64,000 nt of DNA from Phyllobates terribilis (lineage: Eukaryota), in contig NW_027362772.1 of the NCBI RefSeq assembly GCF_046119375.1, positions 320,230,001-320,294,000 of the forward strand, written 5' to 3'. A program made the position numbers and the translations under genes. Below the pieces are notes generated by a model. That model was not told the origin of the DNA. It worked only from the letters and a program-made list of their open reading frames with translations, and ran no database searches. Below, in pieces: positions 43,756 through 52,231 of this stretch (position 1 is its first letter; the number at the start of each line of letters is the position of its first letter).

Positions 43756-45297
43756 GGGATCGAGGGACACCACCAGAATAATACATCTAATGGGCTCACT
43801 CCATGAATCTGGAGGTAATTACTACCAGTCCTACACCGACTGCTCCACTGGGAACGGCGGATCTCATGGCCACCACTGCACGAGGAGTGGAAAGCCGCTG
43901 GATAAACTGGGATGAGGTCAGAGCTGCCGGCCAAAATGTGGCGCTCTGCTGCTTCAGCCGTGTGGGAAATGGTGCTGGCAACTTACATAGTTTTTCAAAT
44001 TCCAAATTTAATCTAAAAATGTTAAAATTTGCACAGAATTTTAGGAAATTCGATTTGAACTTGAAAATGCAAAGTAATTTATATGTCCAGGAAATTTCCA
44101 AACAAAACTGAGAAGATCTGGTCACTCGGGCTGAGTCTCAGGCGACAGTCACTACTGCAGCCCTTAGATTATTAGATAATGGAGTTTACTTCAGTTGGCA
44201 TCGTACTCCTTCCACTGCCTCTCTCAACATTGGTAGTGGAGGACTGAGTGGGTATTACTTCTTGCACTACGTCTCTTGGGGTTGATAGCAGAGACATAGT
44301 GAGTGGGTGTGAGAGTATTATTTCTTGTGGTCATTAGCTGAGTAGTGAGTGGGAGTATTATTCCTTGTGGTCATTAGCTGAGTAGTGAGTGGGTGTATTA
44401 TTCCATGTGGTCATTAGCTGAGTAGTGAGTGGGTGTGAGTATTATTCCATGTGGTCATTAGCTGAGTAGTGAGTGGGTGTATTATTCCTTGTGGTCATTA
44501 GCTGAGTAGTGAGTGGGTGTGAGTATTATTCCTTGTGGTCATTAGCTGAGTAGTGAGTGGGTGTGAGTATTATTCCTTGTGGTCATCAGAAGAGTAGTGA
44601 GTGGATGTATTATTCTGTGTGTTCATTAGCTGATTAGTGAGTGGGTGTGAGTATTATTCCTTGTGGTCATTACCTGAGTAGTGAGTGGGTTTGAGTATTA
44701 TTCCTTGTGCTCATTAGCTGAGTAGTGAGTGGGTGTATTATTTCTTGTGGTCATTAGCTGAGTAATGAGTGGGTGTGAGTATTATTCCTTGTGGTCATTA
44801 GCTGAGTAGTGAGTATTATTGCTTGTGGTCATCAGCATAGTAGTGAGTATTATTTCCTGTGGTCATCAGCAGAATAGTGAGTGGGTGTGAGTATTATTTA
44901 TTGTGGTCATTAGCTGAGTAGTGAGTGTATTATTTGTTGTGGTCATTAGTTGAATAGTGAGTGGGAGTGAGTATTCCTTGTGAACAATAATAGATTTCTT
45001 AAAGGAGAAAAAATGTGCCGCTATCTAATCGTCGTAAGATTTGATCAATTAAATGGGTAAGTATCTCTAGGAAATTGCTCACCTGATGTGGTTGTGCAAA
45101 CAGAGGCACAACTCCCACTTGTAGTATGGATGAATTTGCAAAAGACTGCAAGCTACCTGGTGAGGTAGGATTGAACCCTGAGACAGGAGTATCCCACAAC
45201 GAAGATGCGAAAAGGGAGAACCAGGTGACGGCACTGTATTTGCCACCAAGTGAGATCAAGGTGCAGGAACTTCAGGTTGCTTGTAAGTAAAAAATAT

Positions 45298-45303
45298 TTT
45301 ATT
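45298..45303 (-). terminator. Polyadenylation signal AATAAA downstream of the hammerhead (repeated in each unit)
   Basis: Plus-strand tttatt, about 35 nt 3' of the predicted cleavage site. The context is AT-rich, so chance occurrence is possible. Confidence 0.45.
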
Positions 45304-45332
45304 CACACCAATATAAAACAAATAAAAAGTGT

Positions 45333-45376
45333 ATACACAACGCGTTTCGGCTGTTTGTAGCCTTCTTCAGATGTAT
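45333..45376 (-). ncRNA. Minimal type I hammerhead ribozyme, copy 1
   Basis: RNA AUACAU CUGAAGA A GGCU ACAAAC AGCC GAAA C GC G U U GUGUAU. It has core CUGANGA and GAAA, a 4-bp stem II, a 2-bp stem III within palindromic ACGCGU, and a 6-bp stem I (one G-U). The NUH site is GUU, with the predicted cut between 45339 and 45338. Confidence 0.88.
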
Positions 45377-45398
45377 GGAAAAAATGAATTTGACCCTT

Positions 45399-45406
45399 CT
45401 TTTATA
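45399..45406 (-). promoter_or_regulatory. TATA box TATAAAAG upstream of the hammerhead (repeated at +1465, +2930, +4395)
   Basis: Plus-strand cttttata; its first T lies 30 nt upstream of the 5' end of stem I. Confidence 0.55.
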
Positions 45407-46447
45407 GCCCATTGCCATAGTGAGAGAGGGAAGGGTTATATATTTTTTTATTATTCCTTGTGGTCATTAGCTGAGTAGTGAGTGGGTGAAAGTATTATTC
45501 CTTGTGGTCATTAGCTGAGTAGTGAGTGGGTGTGAGTATTATTCCTTGTGGTTATTAGCTGAGTAGTGAGTGGGTGTATTATCCCTTGTGGTCATTAGCA
45601 GAGTAGTGAGTGGGAGTATTATTTCTTGTGGTCATTAGCTGAGTAGTGAGTGGGTGTATTATTTCTTGTGGTCAGTAGCTGAGTAGTGAGTGGGAGTATT
45701 ATTTTTTGTGACCATTAGCTGAGTAGTGAGTGGGAGTATTATTTCTTGTGGTCATTTGCTGAGTAGTGAGTGGGTGTATTATTTCTTGTGGTTATTAGCT
45801 GAGTAGTGAGTGGGTGTATTATTCCTTGTGGTCATTAGCTGAGTAGTGAGTGGGAGTATTATTTCTTGTGGTCATTAGCTGAGTAGTGAGTGGGAGTATT
45901 ATTCCTTGTGGTCATTAGCTGAGTAGTGAGTGGGTGTGAGTATTATTCCTTGTGGTCATTAGCTGAGTAGTGAGTGGGTGTGAGTATTATTCCTTGTGGT
46001 CATTAGTTGAGTTGTGAGTGGGTGTGAGTATTATTCCTTGTGGTCATTACCTGAGTAGTGAGTGGGTTTGAGTATTATTCCTTGTGGTCATTAGCTGAGT
46101 AGTGAGTGGGTGTGAGTATTATTCCTTGTGGTCATTACCTGAGTAGTGAGTGGGTTTGAGTATTATTCCTTGTGGTCATTAGCTGAGTAGTGAGTGGGTG
46201 TATTATTTCTTGTGGTCATTAGCTGAGTAATGAGTGGGTGTGAGTATTATTCCTTGTGGTCATTAGCTGAGTAGTGAGTATTATTGCTTGTGGTCATCAG
46301 CATAGTAGTGAGTATTATTTCCTGTGGTCATCAGCAGAATAGTGAGTGGGTGTGAGTATTATTTATTGTGGTCATTAGCTGAGTAGTGAGTGTATTATTT
46401 GTTGTGGTCATTAGTTGAATAGTGAGTGGGAGTGAGTATTCCTTGTG

Positions 46448-46913
46448 AACAATAATAGATTTCTTAAAGGAGAAAAAATGTGCCGCTATCTAATCGTCGT
46501 AAGATTTGATCAATTAAATGGGTAAGTATCTCTAGGAAATTGCTCACCTGATGTGGTTGTGCAAACAGAGGCACAACTCCCACTTGTAGTATGGATGAAT
46601 TTGCAAAAGACTGCAAGCTACCTGGTGAGGTAGGATTGAACCCTGAGACAGGAGTATCCCACAACGAAGATGCGAAAAGGGAGAACCAGGTGACGGCACT
46701 GTATTTGCCACCAAGTGAGATCAAGGTGCAGGAACTTCAGGTTGCTTGTAAGTAAAAAATATTTTATTCACACCAATATAAAACAAATAAAAAGTGTATA
46801 CACAACGCGTTTCGGCTGTTTGTAGCCTTCTTCAGATGTATGGAAAAAATGAATTTGACCCTTCTTTTATAGCCCATTGCCATAGTGAGAGAGGGAAGGG
46901 TTATATATTTTTT
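46448..46913 (-). mobile_element. Penelope-like pseudo-LTR fragment, copy 2
   Basis: Appears identical to copy 1 at +1,465. Confidence 0.75.
46798..46841 (-). ncRNA. Minimal type I hammerhead ribozyme, copy 2
   Basis: Same 44 nt as copy 1; predicted cut 46804/46803. Confidence 0.88.
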
Positions 46914-47912
46914 TATTATTCCTTGTGGTCATTAGCTGAGTAGTGAGTGGGTGAAAGTATTATTCCTTGTGGTCATTAGCTGAGTAGTGAGTGGGTGTGA
47001 GTATTATTCCTTGTGGTTATTAGCTGAGTAGTGAGTGGGTGTATTATCCCTTGTGGTCATTAGCAGAGTAGTGAGTGGGAGTATTATTTCTTGTGGTCAT
47101 TAGCTGAGTAGTGAGTGTGTGTATTATTTCTTGTGGTCAGTAGCTGAGTAGTGAGTGGGAGTATTATTTTTTGTGACCATTAGCTGAGTAGTGAGTGGGA
47201 GTATTATTTCTTGTGGTCATTAGCTGAGTAGTGAGTGGGTGTATTATTTCTTGTGGTTATTAGCTGAGTAGTGAGTGGGTGTATTATTCCTTGTGGTCAT
47301 TAGCTGAGTAGTGAGTGGGAGTATTATTTCTTGTGGTCATTAGCTGAGTAGTGAGTGGGAGTATTATTCCTTGTGGTCATTAGCTGAGTAGTGAGTGGGT
47401 GTGAGTATTATTCCTTGTGGTCATTAGCTGAGTAGTGAGTGGGTGTGAGTATTATTCCTTGTGGTCATTAGTTGAGTAGTGAGTGGGTGTGAGTATTATT
47501 CCTTGTGGTCATTACTTGAGTAGTGAGTGGGTTTGAGTATTATTCCTTGTGGTCATTAGCTGAGTAGTGAGTGGGTGTGAGTATTATTCCTTGTGGTCAT
47601 TACCTGAGTAGTGAGTGGGTTTGAGTATTATTCCTTGTGGTCATTAGCTGAGTAGTGAGTGGGTGTATTATTTCTTGTGGTCATTAGCTGAGTAATGAGT
47701 GGGTGTGAGTATTATTCCTTGTGGTCATTAGCTGAGTAGTGAGTATTATTGCTTGTGGTCATCAGCATAGTAGTGAGTATTATTTCCTGTGGTCATCAGC
47801 AGAATAGTGAGTGGGTGTGAGTATTATTTATTGTGGTCATTAGCTGAGTAGTGAGTGTATTATTTGTTGTGGTCATTAGTTGAATAGTGAGTGGGAGTGA
47901 GTATTCCTTGTG

Positions 47913-48378
47913 AACAATAATAGATTTCTTAAAGGAGAAAAAATGTGCCGCTATCTAATCGTCGTAAGATTTGATCAATTAAATGGGTAAGTATCTCTAG
48001 GAAATTGCTCACCTGATGTGGTTGTGCAAACAGAGGCACAACTCCCACTTGTAGTATGGATGAATTTGCAAAAGACTGCAAGCTACCTGGTGAGGTAGGA
48101 TTGAACCCTGAGACAGGAGTATCCCACAACGAAGATGCGAAAAGGGAGAACCAGGTGACGGCACTGTATTTGCCACCAAGTGAGATCAAGGTGCAGGAAC
48201 TTCAGGTTGCTTGTAAGTAAAAAATATTTTATTCACACCAATATAAAACAAATAAAAAGTGTATACACAACGCGTTTCGGCTGTTTGTAGCCTTCTTCAG
48301 ATGTATGGAAAAAATGAATTTGACCCTTCTTTTATAGCCCATTGCCATAGTGAGAGAGGGAAGGGTTATATATTTTTT
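47913..48378 (-). mobile_element. Penelope-like pseudo-LTR fragment, copy 3
   Basis: Appears identical to copy 1 at +2,930. Confidence 0.75.
48263..48306 (-). ncRNA. Minimal type I hammerhead ribozyme, copy 3
   Basis: Same 44 nt as copy 1; predicted cut 48269/48268. Confidence 0.88.
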
Positions 48379-49377
48379 TATTATTCCTTGTGGTCATTAG
48401 CTGAGTAGTGAGTGGGTGAAAGTATTATTCCTTGTGGTCATTAGCTGAGTAGTGAGTGGGTGTGAGTATTATTCCTTGTGGTTATTAGCTGAGTAGTGAG
48501 TGGGTGTATTATCCCTTGTGGTCATTAGCAGAGTAGTGAGTGGGAGTATTATTTCTTGTGGTCATTAGCTGAGTAGTGAGTGTGTGTATTATTTCTTGTG
48601 GTCAGTAGCTGAGTAGTGAGTGGGAGTATTATTTTTTGTGACCATTAGCTGAGTAGTGAGTGGGAGTATTATTTCTTGTGGTCATTAGCTGAGTAGTGAG
48701 TGGGTGTATTATTTCTTGTGGTTATTAGCTGAGTAGTGAGTGGGTGTATTATTCCTTGTGGTCATTAGCTGAGTAGTGAGTGGGAGTATTATTTCTTGTG
48801 GTCATTAGCTGAGTAGTGAGTGGGAGTATTATTCCTTGTGGTCATTAGCTGAGTAGTGAGTGGGTGTGAGTATTATTCCTTGTGGTCATTAGCTGAGTAG
48901 TGAGTGGGTGTGAGTATTATTCCTTGTGGTCATTAGTTGAGTAGTGAGTGGGTGTGAGTATTATTCCTTGTGGTCATTACTTGAGTAGTGAGTGGGTTTG
49001 AGTATTATTCCTTGTGGTCATTAGCTGAGTAGTGAGTGGGTGTGAGTATTATTCCTTGTGGTCATTACCTGAGTAGTGAGTGGGTTTGAGTATTATTCCT
49101 TGTGGTCATTAGCTGAGTAGTGAGTGGGTGTATTATTTCTTGTGGTCATTAGCTGAGTAATGAGTGGGTGTGAGTATTATTCCTTGTGGTCATTAGCTGA
49201 GTAGTGAGTATTATTGCTTGTGGTCATCAGCATAGTAGTGAGTATTATTTCCTGTGGTCATCAGCAGAATAGTGAGTGGGTGTGAGTATTATTTATTGTG
49301 GTCATTAGCTGAGTAGTGAGTGTATTATTTGTTGTGGTCATTAGTTGAATAGTGAGTGGGAGTGAGTATTCCTTGTG

Positions 49378-49843
49378 AACAATAATAGATTTCTTAAAGG
49401 AGAAAAAATGTGCCGCTATCTAAGCGTCGTAAGATTTGATCAATTAAATGGGTAAGTATCTCTAGGAAATTGCTCACCTGATGTGGTTGTGCAAACAGAG
49501 GCACAACTCCCACTTGTAGTATGGATGAATTTGCAAAAGACTGCAAGCTACCTGGTGAGGTAGGATTGAACCCTGAGACAGGAGTATTCCACAACGAAGA
49601 TGCGAAAAGGGAGAACCAGGTGACGGCACTGTATTTGCCACCAAGTGAGATCAAGGTGCAGGAACTTCAGGTTGCTTGTAAGTAAAAAATATTTTATTCA
49701 CACCAATATAAAACAAATAAAAAGTGTATACACAACGCGTTTCGGCTGTTTGTAGCCTTCTTCAGATGTATGGAAAAAATGAATTTGACCCTTCTTTTAT
49801 AGCCCATTGACATAGTGAGAGAGGGAAGGGTTATATATTTTTT
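49378..49843 (-). mobile_element. Penelope-like pseudo-LTR fragment, copy 4
   Basis: Matches copy 1 at +4,395 with three substitutions seen (ctaatc>ctaagc, gtatccc>gtattcc, attgcc>attgac), none inside the ribozyme. Confidence 0.75.
49728..49771 (-). ncRNA. Minimal type I hammerhead ribozyme, copy 4
   Basis: Same 44 nt as copy 1; predicted cut 49734/49733. Confidence 0.88.
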
Positions 49844-51634
49844 TATTATTCCTTGTGGTCATTAGCTGAGTAGTGAGTGGGTGAAAGTATTATTCCTTGT
49901 GGTCATTAGCTGAGTAGTGAGTGGGTGTGAGTATTATTCCTTGTGGTTATTAGCTGAGTAGTGAGTGGGTGTATTATCCCTTGTGGTCATTAGCAGAGTA
50001 GTGAGTGGGAGTATTATTTCTTGTGGTCATTAGCTGAGTAGTGAGTGGGTGTATTATTTCTTGTGGTCAGAAGCTGAGTAGTGAGTGGGAGTATTATTTC
50101 TTGTGGTCATTAGCTGAGTAGTGAGTGGGAGTATTATTTCTTGTGGTCATTAGCTGAGTAGTGAGTGGGTGTATTATTTCTTGTGGTTATTAGCTGAGTA
50201 GTGAGTGGGTGTATTATTCCTTGTGGTCATTAGCTGAGTAGTGAGTGGGAGTATTATTTCTTGTGGTCATTAGCTGAGTAGTGAGTGGGAGTATTATTCC
50301 TTGTGGTCATTAGCTGAGTAGTGAGTGGGTGTGAGTATTATTCCTTGTGGTCATTAGCTGAGTAGTGAGTGGGTGTGAGTACTATTCCTTGTGGTCATTA
50401 GTTGAGTAGTGAGTGGGTGTGAGTATTATTCCTTGTGGTCATTAGCTGAGTAGTGGGTGGGTGTGAGTATTATTTCTTGTGGTTATTAGCTGAGTAGTGA
50501 GTGGGTGTGAGTATTATTCCTTGTGGTCATTAGTTGAGTAGTGAGTGGGTGTGAGTATTATTCCTTGTGGTCATTAGCTGCGTAGTGAGTGGGTGTATTA
50601 TTTCTTGTGGTTATTAGCTGAGTAGTGGGTGTATTATTCCTTGTGGTCATTAGCTGAGTAGTGAGTGGGAGTATTATTTCTTGTGGTCATTAGCTGAGTA
50701 GTGAGTGGGAGTATTATTCCTTGTGGTCATTAGCTGAGTAGTGAGTGGGTGTGAGTATTATTCCTTGTGGTCATTAGCTGAGTAGTGAGTGAGTGGGTGT
50801 ATTATTTCTTGTGGTCATTAGCTGAGTAGTGAGTGGGTGTGAGTATTATTTCTTGTGGTCATTAGCTGAGTAGTGAGTGGGAGTATTATTCCTTGTGGTC
50901 ATTAGCTGAGTAGTGAGTGAGTGGGAGTATTATTTCTTGTGGTCATTAGCTGAGTAGTGAGTGGGTGTGAGTATTATTTCTTGTGGTCATTAGCTGAGTA
51001 GTGAGTGGGTGTGAGTATTATTTCTTGTGGTCATTAGCTGAGTAGTGGGTGGGTGTGATACACAGTTTGTGAGGATGTTCTTGAATTTCCCTGATGCCTT
51101 TAGAAGATTCTGGTCTTGAATTTCCACACTTGTGTATCCTACTTTATTCCTGGATTACTTTCTCATCCCCAGGGCGCGGCCTACACATCTTTGGGACGTA
51201 TAATTTATTCCATTCTCTTGCGTTGAAGGTTGGGTTCCTACTTCCATAGTGTCAGAAAGACAAATGTGCCTTTTATAGGTTGCTCGTCAATGTTTCACTT
51301 TTTTTCCACGTTTTGTTTTTATTTATAATAGAAATGAAATAAGGAAAAATGTGTTCAGATAAAAAAGTGGAGCACATGGTGCCGAACAGAGGCTGGATCA
51401 GCAGCAGGAAGGGGAGGCGAGCTGTGATTTCAGTTTCATGGGAGTAGAAGACCTGATAAAAATCAGGCCACATTTTTCTGTACACTGAAGCTCCCTGAGC
51501 TGATGCTCTCTGGTGTCAGCTCCCACTAATCCTCTAATAAGTCATTAGACACTGAATGTCTGAAGTCTCTTGATCCCACAATGTTTGTAAAGGACAAAAG
51601 TGAAATGTGACTCAGAAAAGAGATGGTAGAAGCA

Positions 51635-52231
51635 GAGCCAGGGGGAGGCAGGCACCTAGGGCGCTACCCCTTGCCTACCCGAAGGGGGCGCACACTGGGG
51701 AAAAAATAACCATTGTGGAATGCCTGCGGCCTCCGGCACCTACCCTCCGCCGGCATTCTGTACACTTACGCCAGCACCACATTACTGATTGGCATAAGTG
51801 CAGAGGCTGCGCCTGTCGGCATCCTGAGGGGTCGTAGCAGCGGGCATGGCTCCCCTTCAGCCCCACTCCGCTCGGATGCAGCACTCTCTATGGGCGCGGA
51901 TCGGGACGGTTACTGGCAGCTCTGCCCCGGGTCACACAACCCTGAGAAGCAGCTCGGCTGCCGTCAGCCTAACACTGATTGGTCACATTGCTGCCAATCA
52001 GGGTTAGTTTTGTTTGTGTGACCTTGGGAAAGGAGCTGTGCTGTGATTGTCGCTGCCCCTGCACAGTCATCTGGCTGGTGGAGGAGGAGTGATGGCTCCC
52101 TGCTGGTGGCTGCCGTATTCACTGGAGTCACCTGGGAGAAAATGTGCCAAACTAATCACCCCGAACTGACTGCCCCACCCCGAGCAAATTAGGGGTGACA
52201 GTGGGGGAGAGGGCTGCATAGGGGGCATACT
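51635..52231. mobile_element. Degenerate GC-rich non-autonomous DNA transposon (MITE-like) segment
   Basis: GC-rich stretch starting near gcacctagggcgc with a nested internal inverted repeat (51930-52023) that leads into the G-run minisatellite. No paired TIR or TSD was found and the boundaries are uncertain. Confidence 0.35.

Larger units (their letters stand above)
44983..45448 (-). mobile_element. Penelope-like element pseudo-LTR fragment, copy 1
   Basis: The minus strand reads TATAAAAG, then CTGAAGAAGG...CCGAAACGCGTT, then AATAAA. This is the hammerhead-bearing pLTR layout known for PLEs. No RT or GIY-YIG coding sequence was recognised. Confidence 0.75.
44636..50440. repeat. 1,465-bp composite macrosatellite, about 4 copies (466-bp PLE fragment plus ~1-kb minisatellite block)
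   Basis: The same 86-aa ORF falls at 44999, 46464, 47929 and 49394, an exact 1,465-bp step. The order of minisatellite variants is also repeated in each copy. End points are approximate. Confidence 0.96.
44297..51057. repeat. 40/44-bp G/T-rich minisatellite in five blocks separated by four PLE fragments
   Basis: Unit GTATTATTCCTTGTGGTCATTAGCTGAGTAGTGAGTGGGA (40 bp) and a ...GTGAGTGGGTGTGA variant (44 bp). Units are more degenerate at the left edge. Confidence 0.97.

Noticed and set aside
378-43934. Dozens of long ORFs (up to 1,454 aa) such as (CPWAPGSASDLTAVQ)n, (SVPGPRVQRLTLQRC)n and (EPGAQGHCTAVRSDA)n
   Set aside because: A 45-bp unit is 15 codons and three of six frames lack stops. The 46- and 49-bp units switch frames repeatedly, and there is no unique N- or C-terminal domain, so these are not mucin-like genes.
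43756-44296. Unique spacer with 102-aa and 109-aa overlapping ORFs
   Set aside because: No recognisable homology or convincing splice pair. The AT-rich half looks like an imperfect inverted-repeat remnant.
44999-45259. 86-aa ORF repeated four times
   Set aside because: No recognisable domain. The LEILTHLIDQILRRL stretch only faintly recalls PLE RT N-terminal sequence and lacks the flanking PKIHK/RPI motifs. It was used only as a period marker.
44297-51057. CRISPR-like appearance of repeats with interspersed segments
   Set aside because: Units are contiguous, the interspersed segments are near-identical rather than unique spacers, there are no cas genes, and the context is eukaryotic.
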